The notes under the pieces: model-generated
Seen by the model: the letters and a program-made list of their open reading frames with translations, nothing else
Told to the model about the DNA's origin: nothing
Database searches by the model: none
Shown here: in pieces, positions 27,869-38,283 of the stretch
Layout of the letters: the number at the start of each line of letters is the position of its first letter
How positions within the stretch are numbered: the first letter of the stretch is position 1
Assembly: GCA_963743635.1 (NCBI GenBank)
Contig: CAVUQO010000003.1
Coordinates: 288,001-352,000, forward strand
From: Candidatus Babeliales bacterium
Lineage (GTDB): Bacteria; Babelota; Babeliae; Babelales; Vermiphilaceae
Direction: 5' to 3'
DNA length: 64,000 bases
Program-made: the position numbers and the translations under genes

Positions 27869-28372
27869 TTATTTTTTGCACGCACTCATTAAGAGCGCAA
27901 TGATCTTAGAATACATATCTTTTTGCGTTTGAGTGAGCGCTGAAGCGCGTCCATCTTGCGCGAGGCTGATGGGCGTTTTATCATCATCGTTGCAAAAATC
28001 TGCCTGTGCCTTACGGAGAAGTAATTTTACCGCATCGTAATGACCGTAATATGCCGCATACATGAGTGCGGTATAGCGGCTTGTATCGAGCGCGTCTACT
28101 TTGCATTTATTATTTTCGATTATTGCTTCAAGGAGTTGGTACCACTTTTGTTCATCGGCTGTTTTTTTGCGTGCTAATTTCATGGTGACGTAAATCACGA
28201 GTGGGCAGCCATTAACGATTTCATTGGGATCTTTTCCCTGATTCAAACGCTGCAAAAAGTAGTCAGGACTCGATGATGCTTTGATGATTTCCGCAGAGAG
28301 ATCTACTGCTGCGATAACCGGTAACGGTAGCGCAAGAGCAGCAGCGAGTATAAGCGTGTAATAACGTTTCAT
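27869..28372 (-). CDS. Secreted ankyrin repeat protein
   Basis: Signal peptide; TALMYAAYYGHYDAVKLLL, KTPISLA. Confidence 0.88.
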   Translation of the reverse strand: MKRYYTLILAAALALPLPVIAAVDLSAEIIKASSSPDYFLQRLNQGKDPNEIVNGCPLVIYVTMKLARKKTADEQKWYQLLEAIIENNKCKVDALDTSRYTALMYAAYYGHYDAVKLLLRKAQADFCNDDDKTPISLAQDGRASALTQTQKDMYSKIIALLMSACKK

Positions 28373-28615
28373 GGAATTTCCCCTAAAATATCTAACTTTT
28401 CGTTACTAACAGTATTACATAAATGAAGAAAAAAGCAATTGGGGGGCTTCTTATCTGTATTTCCTAGAGGCTTTTTGCATTGCCTGATTGGATCAGGTTA
28501 TTCGACCGCTACGCCCTTTATAGATTCTTTATTAGAAATTATTGTTTTCCCTGTATCGAACCTGATAGGCTCGAGAAGGGTTCATATAAAGGGCGTGGAC
28601 AAAGGGGGGCGTATT

Positions 28616-29854
28616 ATGGGACGAGGGATTGATTGTATTGTAACGTACACAAAGGCTATCGTAAAAATTGTGTGTGTTTTTGCGGTTGCTTTAGTTGTTC
28701 CATGGTTGTGCGTTTATTATATCAAACATGATGCACCGCTCATTGAACGTCGTCCGATGTTGGGGATAGAAGAATTTAGCGATACGATGCTGACCGCAAT
28801 GGTGCCGCAGAGCACTGCATGTGCGTGCCGTGCTGCATTAATTGTAGATGCAATGACGTATAGTACTGTCGGAGATGCGCATATTGCATTGCTTCGTGCA
28901 CAAGGAGTGTGTGTGAATACGTTATTTGTGCTCGATGATGGTACGGCTGCTGCGCAGAAAAAAACGTTGTCTGATATTACGGTTATTTCGATCAAAAAAG
29001 ACCAGTATGAGACGCTTGCGCATCATGACGCTGCACAGCTTGATTGTATTATGATTGATGTGCAGGAGACCGGATTTGTGCCCTATGATGGCGAACCATT
29101 GCTTGCCGCTCTGCAGATGGCGAGCAATGCACGCAAACCGGTGATTGTATTTGATCGTCCGAATGTCATTGGTGCATCGATTGAAGGATTTGGTGTGTGG
29201 CTTGGATCTCGTGCATTAATTCCGTTTCGTCATGGCATGACGATTGGAGAATTAGCAAAGTTTTGCAATCGATACATTTTAGATGCGCCCGTTACATTAC
29301 ATGTAGTTCCCATGAAATATTATCAACGGTTGGCGCAGGACACGAATCGCATACAATGCATTTCTCATTATTGCATGCGTGGGTTTGTGGATATTTTGCG
29401 TGAAGTGAAACCATTTGAAGTGCGTATCTCATCAGATAATGAGTATCATTGCGTGATGTTGCCTAGGCAGGGATCATGTTCGAGGCGTATGTGGCGTGAG
29501 TTGAGTGCGCAGTTAAAGCGCGTGGGAGTTGATGGGAAAATATATGAGTATAGTAACGAAGAAACGGGAGAATCATATATTGGATTGAAACTTTCATTGC
29601 GCGATATCAATCTTTTTTCATTGAACGGGGCGGTGTTGACGGTATTGCGTTTTTTTACTGACGTGGGTGTAACGTTGAGCTACTCAGAACGGTTGCGCGA
29701 TATGATCGGTATGCATGCAATTCAATCATACTTGGCAGGAACGGTAACGGAAAAAGAAGCGCAAGATGCTTTGGAGCATGAAGCGCTTCTTTTTTTTAAT
29801 AAGGCAGCGGGCTCTTTTTTATATCAGCCAGTACCTAAAATTAGAGTATCGTAA
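28616..29854 (+). CDS. DUF1343/NamZ-like protein, divergent
   Basis: IDVQE.G, VIVFDRPN.IG, IPFRHGMTIGELAK, L.VVPM. Confidence 0.75.
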   Translation: MGRGIDCIVTYTKAIVKIVCVFAVALVVPWLCVYYIKHDAPLIERRPMLGIEEFSDTMLTAMVPQSTACACRAALIVDAMTYSTVGDAHIALLRAQGVCVNTLFVLDDGTAAAQKKTLSDITVISIKKDQYETLAHHDAAQLDCIMIDVQETGFVPYDGEPLLAALQMASNARKPVIVFDRPNVIGASIEGFGVWLGSRALIPFRHGMTIGELAKFCNRYILDAPVTLHVVPMKYYQRLAQDTNRIQCISHYCMRGFVDILREVKPFEVRISSDNEYHCVMLPRQGSCSRRMWRELSAQLKRVGVDGKIYEYSNEETGESYIGLKLSLRDINLFSLNGAVLTVLRFFTDVGVTLSYSERLRDMIGMHAIQSYLAGTVTEKEAQDALEHEALLFFNKAAGSFLYQPVPKIRVS

Positions 29855-29864
29855 TTCAGATGGG

Positions 29865-30665
29865 TTACTTGCCCTTGCCGAACATACCTTTAATCATGGT
29901 GATGAGATCGGTGAACATAGTTTTGATGAAGGTAACGATGCTCATCAGTGCTTTAGTGATGCTCTGCAGAATGCCTGATTCCTTCTCTTCTTTTGGTTCT
30001 TGCGCGTGCTGTTCATGAGATGCTACTGATTCACAACCAGCTGTATTAGGCATCACTGCTTCTTTCATTTCATCCGCAACTTCAACAACCTTTTCTTCTG
30101 CTGCCATTGCCACTTCTTTTGCTTCTTGCGCAACCTCAGCAATCTTTTCCTTTGCAGTGGTTGCTGCTTGTTTTATGTCTTGAGTTATTGCATCCGCTTT
30201 TGCTTTTACCGCAGTTTCAGCAGTAGAAGTTTTTTGCGTTGATGGGACTTGCGCTTGTGCTGATGCTGGCATCATGAGATGTTCTTTAATTTCAGCGCTT
30301 AGTGTTTTCTCCGTGTTTTGAGGTACGCCTTTAAATTCCTTTTTTTGTGCAGAGCCGAGCATCAAGCGAATTGTTGGTAAGCAGGTAATATTTTGTTTTT
30401 CTGACAACGTATTGTTGAGGTCAACGTCTATGGTAGCAAAAGTAATGTTTTTAAATTGTGGATCATTTGCAACGTTATGTAATGGTGCTTTTAATGCTTT
30501 ACAGGCTCCGCACCATTCAGCAGAAAATACCATGACGCTTGGTGCATTCGATTCGATAATTTTATTAAATTCATCTTCACTTTTTATTGAAATTAATGAT
30601 GCGTGGATCGGCTGAGTAGATGCGGTTATAAGCAACATAGTGGGCAGTAAAACGGTTTTTTTCAT
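29865..30665 (-). CDS. Secreted thioredoxin-domain protein with Ala/Glu/Lys-rich tail
   Basis: FSAEWCGACK, ITCLPT; signal peptide. Confidence 0.85.
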   Translation of the reverse strand: MKKTVLLPTMLLITASTQPIHASLISIKSEDEFNKIIESNAPSVMVFSAEWCGACKALKAPLHNVANDPQFKNITFATIDVDLNNTLSEKQNITCLPTIRLMLGSAQKKEFKGVPQNTEKTLSAEIKEHLMMPASAQAQVPSTQKTSTAETAVKAKADAITQDIKQAATTAKEKIAEVAQEAKEVAMAAEEKVVEVADEMKEAVMPNTAGCESVASHEQHAQEPKEEKESGILQSITKALMSIVTFIKTMFTDLITMIKGMFGKGK

Positions 30666-31241
30666 AGATTTTCCTCTTTAAATTAGTAAAAAAGAAGTGT
30701 ACACTTTCTTACGTTTCTTATACAACGCCTGCATGCAGTAATCAACATGATCATATCATAAAAAATATTGACGATGTCAACAAAAATTACTGATTGGTTT
30801 TAAGCATAAAATAGGCAAATCGTATAATGACTCATTCCCATTAATTATGGTAGTGCATGAGAGCGGAAACGCGACCTGCGCAGATGATCCGCGTGATGGA
30901 TCGGATGTCTGCATTTGTTTCTATGTGAAAAAATAGTCGCTTCAAATTAACGAAAAATTTTAGAATAATGTTTCATAAAATTTTTTGATAAAACACTTGA
31001 TTATGGGGTATTAAACCTTTACTTTATTTAGACAGCCGACAAGAATGTGTTTTACACATTGTCAATGTTTTTAATATAAAATTAGTGCTATGCGTATACA
31101 TGCTCAGCACAGAGCGTGTTGGGTTTGTAGACTCTAAAAAGGGAGATGTGGTGAATCGTTTAATACTGCTAGATGATGAAAAGGACGTGTATGAAAGATG
31201 TGCAAAAAGATAAAAATATACAAACTCTAGGGGGAGACACT

Positions 31242-33780
31242 ATGGAAGTGAGATCATCATTCGATGTGACGCCAGCAAACAGCCCGGTGCAAAAGCTGTA
31301 CGATGGATATACCGTTGTGAAACGCAATGGTGATGTGTCGCAATTGGATATTTCATTGCTACGCAAGGCGATCGTGTGGGCATCCAAGGGCCACAAGGAT
31401 GTGGTGGACGTCAATGCGGTTGTCGATGAAACATTGAAAAATAGTTTCAATGGCATTAGCGCGCGAGAGTTGGAAGATGCGCAAGTGCTTGCGGCGGTTG
31501 CATTTATTGAATGTGATCCTGCATACGGATACGTTGCATCACAATTGCAGTTTAAAAAACTGTTCAAAGATGTAACCGGGGTCTCGGTAATGAGTCCTGA
31601 AGCATCGACGGCATACCGTACTGCTTTCATAGAAAGCATTGTAAAGGGTGTTCAAGCGCAAATTCTTGACCAGCGTATGCTTTCATTTGATCTTGAAATG
31701 CTTGCGCAAGAGCTTTGTCTTGAATCGGATCACTTGCTCGATTATATGGGATTGAAAACACTCTACGAACGTTATTTTACGCGGATTGAGACTAAGCATC
31801 TTGAGCTGCCGCAAATTTTTTGGATGCGTGTTGCCATGGGTATGGCGATTGAAGAGCCGCGCAAGAATGAGCATGCACTTGAGTTCTATAACTTAATGTC
31901 ATCATTGCGTTATGTGCCAAGCACGCCAACGTTACTGCATGCAGGTATGGTTCGTGCGCAATTAAGCTCATGCTTCTTAACCACCGTTGAAGATGATTTA
32001 CGTCATATTTTCAAATGCATTAGTGATAATGCGCAACTTGCGAAATGGTCTGGCGGCGTTGCCAACGATTGGACAAATGTGCGGGCAACTGGTTCGATGG
32101 TTAAAAGTATCAAAACCGAAAGTCAGGGCGTTATTCCATTTTTAAAAATTGCAAATGATACGACTGCTGCAATTAATCGCAGCGGAAGTCGTCGTGGTGC
32201 AACAGTGTGTATATCTTGAAACGTGGCATTTGGATATCGAAGATTTCCTTGATTTGCGCCGAAATACGGGTGATGAACGTCGCCGTACGCATGATATTAA
32301 TACCGCAAACTGGATTCCTGATTTATTCATGAAGCGCGTCATGAATAACGAAGACTGGACATTATTCTCTCCTGAAGAAGTGCCTGACTTACATCATATT
32401 TACGGCAAAGCATTTGAAAAGCGCTATAAAGAATATGAAGTAATGGCACGTCGTGGTGAAATCTCAAAGCAAAAAACGATTTCAGCGCAAGCGCTGTGGC
32501 GTAAAATGTTGAGTCGGCTTATTTGAAACAGGTCATCCATGGATGACGTTCAAAGATCCATGCAATGTTCGTTCACCGCAAGATCATGCGGGCGTGATAC
32601 ACAGTTCAAATTTATGTACTGAAATTACGCTCAACACTTCAACAGATGAAACAGCGGTGTGTAATATTGGTTCGGTGAATCTTGGCCGTCACGTGATTGA
32701 TGGTGTTCTTGATGAGCAGATGCTCGCAAAGACGGTTGAAACTGCAATGCGCATGCTTGATAACGTTATTGATATTAACTTTTATCCAACAATAGAAGCA
32801 AAAAATGCGAACTTCCGGCATCGTCCTGTCGGTATTGGGCTTATGGGCTTCCAAGATGCATTGTATAAACTTGATATTGCATTTGATGCGCCTGAAGCAC
32901 TCGAATTTTCAGATGAAATCATGGAACGTATTTCGTATCATGCTATTCTAGCATCATCACGCTTCGCAGCAGAACGTGGTGCTTATGAATCATACAAGGG
33001 TTCAAAGTGGGATCGTGATATGTTGCCGCAAGATACTATTGCATTGCTTGAGCAAGAACGTGGCGTATCGATTGATATTCAAAAGGGTGGCAAGCTTGAT
33101 TGGAAGCCAGTGCGCGATCACATTAAAGCAGCATGGCATGCGTAATTCAAACACCATGGCAATTGCACCAACCGCAACGATTTCAAATATTTCTGGATGT
33201 TTCCCGTGCATTGAGCCGATTTATAAAAACATGTATGTGAAAGCAAACATGAGCGGTGAATTTACCGTCGTGAATAAATATTTGGTTGAAGATCTCAAGA
33301 AATTGGGCATATGGGATACACGAAATGCTTGATGAAATTAAATATTTGATGGCAGTGTACAACAAATTGGTCGCATTCCAGCAAAAGATCAAAGCTAAAT
33401 ATAAAGAAGCATTTGAGATTGGATCCTGAATGGTTGCTGATGCTGACCGCGGTACGCTGCAAAATGGATTGATCAAAGTCAATCACATAACGTCTTTATG
33501 AAAGGCGTATCAGGTAAACAGCTCAATGATATTTATATTGCTGCATGGAAATTGGGACTTAAAAGTACCTATTATTTTAGAACGTTGAGTGCAAGTCAGG
33601 TTGAAAAATCGACGCTCGATGCGAAAAAATATGGCTACACTCAAAAGCGTCAGTATGAAACTCAAGAGAGTGCTGCGGCATCCTAGTTTTACAAGAAGCA
33701 ACAGTCGCATGAGCAAGAAACTACTGCAGGTAAAGCATGTAGTTTATCGTCAGATCCAGAATGTGAATGTATGTCAATAA
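31242..33780 (+). pseudogene. nrdA: Class I ribonucleotide reductase alpha subunit with ATP-cone, multiply frameshifted (assembly error or pseudogene)
   Basis: [64 protein letters not shown] and a C-terminal Cys pair are spread over several frames. Confidence 0.85.
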
Positions 33781-33797
33781 TATAAAAGAGGTTAAGC

Positions 33798-34801
33798 ATG
33801 GCTACAAAAGGTATATTAAATAATTCAAGCATAGATCCGAATAAAATATTGCCGATGAGATATTTATGGGCGCGTCAGCATTATAAAGATGGTGTTGCGA
33901 ATAACTGGACTCCCGAAGAAGTTTCAATGCAAAAAGATGTGGAACAATGGAAATCAAATACCGTATTAACTGAAACTGAACGTCGTTTAATTATGTGGAA
34001 TTTGGGTTTTTTTTCAACGGCAGAATCATTAACGGCAAACAATTTGGTATTCGCAGTATATAAGCATGTAACCAATCCTGAATGTCGCCAATATTTGTTG
34101 CGCCAGGCATTTGAAGAAGCGATCCACACCGATACCTTCATCTACTGCTGCGATTCATTGGGTCTTGATCCAGAGAAATTTATAACATGTATAACACCGT
34201 TCCTTCGATCAAGGAGAAAGATGATTTTGTAGTTAAATTAACTACTGCATTATTTGATCCTAATTTCAAAACCGAAACCATTGCGGATAAACGCAAGTTT
34301 TTACATGATTTGATTGGTTATTACGTGATCATGGAAGGAATCTTCTTCTATGCGGGCTTTGCGATGATGCTTGCATTAAAGCGTCAAAACAAGATGATTG
34401 GCATTGGCGAACAATTTGAATACATTATGCGTGATGAAAGTCTGCATCTTGCATTTGGTTGCGATTTGATTAATACCATCAAGGCTGAAAATCCTGAGAT
34501 ATGGACGCAAGAATTCCAAGACGAGCTTGTTGAGCTTATTAAACAAGCGGTCATTCTTGAAAAGGCGTATGCATTTGATGCATGTCCGCAAGGATTGCTT
34601 GGTATTAATGCGGAACAATTTTGCGAATATGTTGAATATATTGCCGATCGCCGCTTAGAGCGCATCGATTTGCCTAAAGTGTATGGTACGCTTAATCCGT
34701 TCCCATGGATGTCGCAAGCGACTGATTTAAGCAAAGAGAAGAACTTCTTTGAAACTCGGGTAACTGAGTATCAAACAGCCGGTTCTCTTGAATGGGAATA
34801 A
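33798..34801 (+). pseudogene. nrdB: Ribonucleotide reductase beta subunit, class Ic-type, one frameshift near 34175
   Basis: [48 protein letters not shown] across two overlapping ORFs. Confidence 0.85.
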
Positions 34802-34837
34802 TCAGCGTGCGATAGCTCTATAGAGTGGAAAACATTG

Positions 34838-34871
34838 AGCCCCGGAGTGATTAAAGCTCCGGGGCTTTTTT
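34838..34871 (+). terminator. Rho-independent terminator of nrdAB
   Basis: agccccggag/ctccggggct stem followed by a T-tract. Confidence 0.8.
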
Positions 34872-34901
34872 ATTTCTTAAATCTAATTTTCGGATAAGTG
34901 G

Positions 34902-35408
34902 TTATAAATTTGAAAAATAGCAGAACGTGATAGCGCCCACTGCTGCGAGTCCAGTACCCACGTTAATCATACTTTGTCTGAATTCTTGTTGTTGTTTATA
35001 TTCTTGTAATTTTTGCTGGCCTTCTGGCGAGAGAAGGTACTTTACTCTCTCTTCTTGCAAAGCAAGAGATGCCAATCTGAAACCAGCAGAGAATCTTTTT
35101 ATGGCGATATCCGGTTTTGCAAGCTTCGGGTCTATTGCAGGATTATGAAGGTAATGAATGAGCGCAGCTTGCGCTTGAATGATCGTGCTATTAAGACCAT
35201 GAAAATTAGTATGAGCATCAATTTTTTTTGGTATTTGGGCACAAAGTTGATTAATTTTTTCCTCATCTTGTTTGAGTGTTAATCCAGATGGAGCGAATGC
35301 GTTCTTGATTAAGAGGTCATTAGAGGAGGGTGTAGCCTCCATAGTCCAATTGGTATGATGTGTAGTAAGTAAGAGCACGATAAGAAGACGTGTATTTTGC
35401 ATAGGCAT
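34902..35408 (-). CDS. Secreted hypothetical protein with C-terminal TM helix
   Basis: Signal-like N-terminus ending NWT-ME. Confidence 0.65.
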   Translation of the reverse strand: MPMQNTRLLIVLLLTTHHTNWTMEATPSSNDLLIKNAFAPSGLTLKQDEEKINQLCAQIPKKIDAHTNFHGLNSTIIQAQAALIHYLHNPAIDPKLAKPDIAIKRFSAGFRLASLALQEERVKYLLSPEGQQKLQEYKQQQEFRQSMINVGTGLAAVGAITFCYFSNL

Positions 35409-35471
35409 CCTTTGTTATGGTGAAGAATAAACGAGGATGATTGTAGCAAAATTATTGATGTTGGGATAGGC

Positions 35472-35780
35472 CTATTGCCGATTACGGCGTTCGTTTTTAT
35501 TCATTTCCCTATACGCATCTTGAATACATAGCTTTGCGATTACAAAAGCTGTCTGACAACAACATTGAATGCATTCAATCATTTCACCACACGTTGGCCA
35601 CGGAGATTCCCGATCAAGATAGAGATATGGAGTGGTGTTTTGATGATTCTCAGAATTTTCTTTGTGCTTGCTTTGAATAGATGGTGATTGGGCGCGCAGC
35701 CCGGACGCAGTCAATTGTGGTGGCATTCCGTGTGCCGCGGTACTCATTATTATGATGAACCCTACGAAATAATATCGCAT
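35472..35780 (-). CDS. Small secreted protein with Cys cluster
   Basis: Signal ending AHG-M; CGEMIECIQCCCQ. Confidence 0.6.
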   Translation of the reverse strand: MRYYFVGFIIIMSTAAHGMPPQLTASGLRAQSPSIQSKHKENSENHQNTTPYLYLDRESPWPTCGEMIECIQCCCQTAFVIAKLCIQDAYREMNKNERRNRQ

Positions 35781-35860
35781 ACAATCCCCCCTGGTTCTAA
35801 TTCGCGAAGTCCCCTCGCGTATTTTTCACGTTTTTACTCACCATAGCGCATTGTGATTTC

Positions 35861-35895
35861 AAAAATAAAGCCTCGGAGGAAATCCGAGGCTTTAT
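35861..35895 (-). terminator. Rho-independent terminator
   Basis: aaagcctcgga/tccgaggcttt stem with an A-tract. Confidence 0.7.
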
Positions 35896-35920
35896 CGTTC
35901 TTTTTGTAGCAAGATTTGTA

Positions 35921-37228
35921 TTAGGGAATTGGATTGGCCATATGCACCATCGTCCAATCCTTGAATTCTGGTGCCGTAGTTATTTTGGTGCATGAATCAT
36001 AGTTAAATAAGGGATCGCCCTTGATTGCGGGCGCTGAAAGAACGGTGTAAACCAAGCCTTCCCATAATGAGACGTTGCCTTTATGTTTGACCAACTCTTC
36101 TTGCATGACGCCGTAATGCTGGTGTCCACGCATGATCGCTTTAATGCGATGGTCTGAACCGCCATCACGATCTAAAATGTGTTTGGTTAAGTTTTGGCCA
36201 TATTTCCAGCCGCGACCATTCAGATATTCCAGTTCGCCATCCGGATCTTCAATGAGAAAATCATTCCACATATAGCCAAGCGGAACCGGATAGGTTGGCG
36301 TTTGAATGCCGCAATTGCACCGAGCGCGGGCAGGAACAATCTTTATGACTGCTTCTTGTAATACCTCAGGCAGCTCGTTGATTGCATCGGCACGATCCAA
36401 TGTTTTTATCGCCATTAAGGTAATATCATCAGATGCGGCGATCAGGGGAGTTGGGTTGGCGCCAATTTCAAGGCCGCCATGGCAACACATAATATAGGAT
36501 CTATTTTCTTCTGATCCTGAGCCGATATAGGCAACGGGTGGCCACATATCATAAAATCGGTAGAGTCTATCTGTTTCTTTAAATTGTTTGTATTCAAGCT
36601 CTGCTTTAAATCCCCCTTGAACATTCAAGCTCTGATCCTCATGATTCCCTCGTATGAGAACCACGTGGCCAGGGTTTGCGCATTTGAGCCTCATAATAAT
36701 GTAAAGGACTTCAAGGCCATAGCGTCCACGATCAACGCAATCGCCGAGGAATACCAGATAGGTGTTTGGTTGGGCGAGGGTAAAATCATCATTGAGATAG
36801 CCTTGCCCTTGAAGATCACGTAAGGTGCGGATGAAGGAATGGGCGCAACCATGAATATCGCCCCAAATAAAGAGGGTGCTTTCGGTGGGGACGATTACCT
36901 TGTGCATGTATGGTTTGAATTCAGACTTGCTCTCAGTATCGAAGAATGTTGCAGTATGCGGGGCATTGCCATTAACCCATTGGGTATCATCGAGCAACTG
37001 ATCTTTGGCCTGGATGACCGTTTTTTCAAGAAAGTGAAGGACGTCCTGCTCTGAGACAATGCTTGGATAACATCTATCAGCGCGCTCGGGATAAAGGGAT
37101 ATTAATTCATGCAAGAGCGAAAGGGAAACCGATTCTGGATTTGATGGGCTGTTTAAGGCAAGCAGGAGCACCGAGCTTGTGGCGAGGATGGTCCCAAAAA
37201 GAGATAGGGATTTAAAATTGGTTCTCAT
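35921..37228 (-). CDS. Secreted PPP-family Ser/Thr protein phosphatase
   Basis: GDIHG, GDCVDRG, RGNHE, HGG, RGHQ, TVLSAP motifs; N-terminal hydrophobic segment. Confidence 0.9.
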   Translation of the reverse strand: MRTNFKSLSLFGTILATSSVLLLALNSPSNPESVSLSLLHELISLYPERADRCYPSIVSEQDVLHFLEKTVIQAKDQLLDDTQWVNGNAPHTATFFDTESKSEFKPYMHKVIVPTESTLFIWGDIHGCAHSFIRTLRDLQGQGYLNDDFTLAQPNTYLVFLGDCVDRGRYGLEVLYIIMRLKCANPGHVVLIRGNHEDQSLNVQGGFKAELEYKQFKETDRLYRFYDMWPPVAYIGSGSEENRSYIMCCHGGLEIGANPTPLIAASDDITLMAIKTLDRADAINELPEVLQEAVIKIVPARARCNCGIQTPTYPVPLGYMWNDFLIEDPDGELEYLNGRGWKYGQNLTKHILDRDGGSDHRIKAIMRGHQHYGVMQEELVKHKGNVSLWEGLVYTVLSAPAIKGDPLFNYDSCTKITTAPEFKDWTMVHMANPIP

Positions 37229-37304
37229 AAGTATAAGCTCATGTTACATGGATATGACTATCGTAGACTGTCTGAGTTTCAGTATGCATGAAAACCAGGT
37301 TAGT

Positions 37305-37343
37305 AAAAAGCCCCCAGGTATGAAAACCCAGGGGCTATTTTTT
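37305..37343 (-). terminator. Rho-independent terminator
   Basis: agcccc..gg/cc.ggggct stem flanked by A/T tracts. Confidence 0.6.
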
Positions 37344-37363
37344 ATAACGAGCTTGGCTGCGTA

Positions 37364-37834
37364 TTACGCAGCAGCTGTAACGTTGTTCTTCAAAATTGCT
37401 TTTGCAGCGATTTTGCGGAATTCACGTTTTTCAAGCTTGCAAACGTTACCATTGTAGAATAAAGCTCTGTATGCGTTTCTGAAACGGCAGTCTTTAGAGA
37501 TTCTAGCGATAAGTTTGTTGATTTTTACTAGGGATTCATAAGCTTCTGTTGTACCTTGAGCGGCTAGTTCTGCTTGAGCATCTTTTTGAAGCTTAAGAAG
37601 AGCTGCTAGGTATTTAACTTTTTCAGCTTCTGTAGATTTACCAATGAAAGATGCAAGAACTGCGTTGTCGTAATTCTTTTTGTTTTTACCAAAGAAGTAT
37701 GCTTCTTGGTTGAAAACTTCAGATGAAATACCGAGTTTTGTAGCAACTAGGTTCGCCTGATTGTTTTTTGCGCTTGCGCTACCTGCTACCAACATGGCTA
37801 CAGAAAGAACTAGAGCGTTTGAAAGATTTTTCAT
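37364..37834 (-). CDS. Secreted basic hypothetical protein
   Basis: Signal ending ASA; Ala/Lys-rich; own terminator. Confidence 0.75.
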   Translation of the reverse strand: MKNLSNALVLSVAMLVAGSASAKNNQANLVATKLGISSEVFNQEAYFFGKNKKNYDNAVLASFIGKSTEAEKVKYLAALLKLQKDAQAELAAQGTTEAYESLVKINKLIARISKDCRFRNAYRALFYNGNVCKLEKREFRKIAAKAILKNNVTAAA

Positions 37835-38283
37835 ACACAACCTCATATTTAGGGTTAATGATTAAAATAACTAATTTCAATGGTATCATTTTTTTAATAC
37901 AAAGCAAGTATGATAGCGCCAGAAAGCCTTTATATAAGGACATTTTGTTACTCTTTGTATAATTTCTCTGTGTAATATTTTGTTTCTTTAGTCCCGGTAG
38001 AAGGGGCGATGCGCGCGTTGAAGCTTGCTCTCCTTGAGTCTTCTCTTACGGTCTATTATCCGATTCTGCATGAAATGTTTGATCGCGCTAAAAAACCTTA
38101 TTTTTAAACATTTTTTGAAATTGCGGTCACTTTATTTGGTTTCCTGAGGTCATCATAAATATATTTACTGAATCAACCATGCGCATTTATTGTAAAATAA
38201 AAGATCAAATAGAAAATTATTGCATCCAGGGAAGCCAATAGAGTAAGATGGTCCGTATAGGACACTCAATAAAAGGAGACGAT

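Noticed and set aside
31215..31235. NrdR box upstream of nrdA
   Set aside because: Only a weak single match to the consensus and no tandem second box.
32200..34200. Programmed ribosomal frameshifting, introns or inteins in nrdAB
   Set aside because: About nine or more single-base breaks without consistent slippery sites and no inserted sequence; consensus error or decay is simpler.
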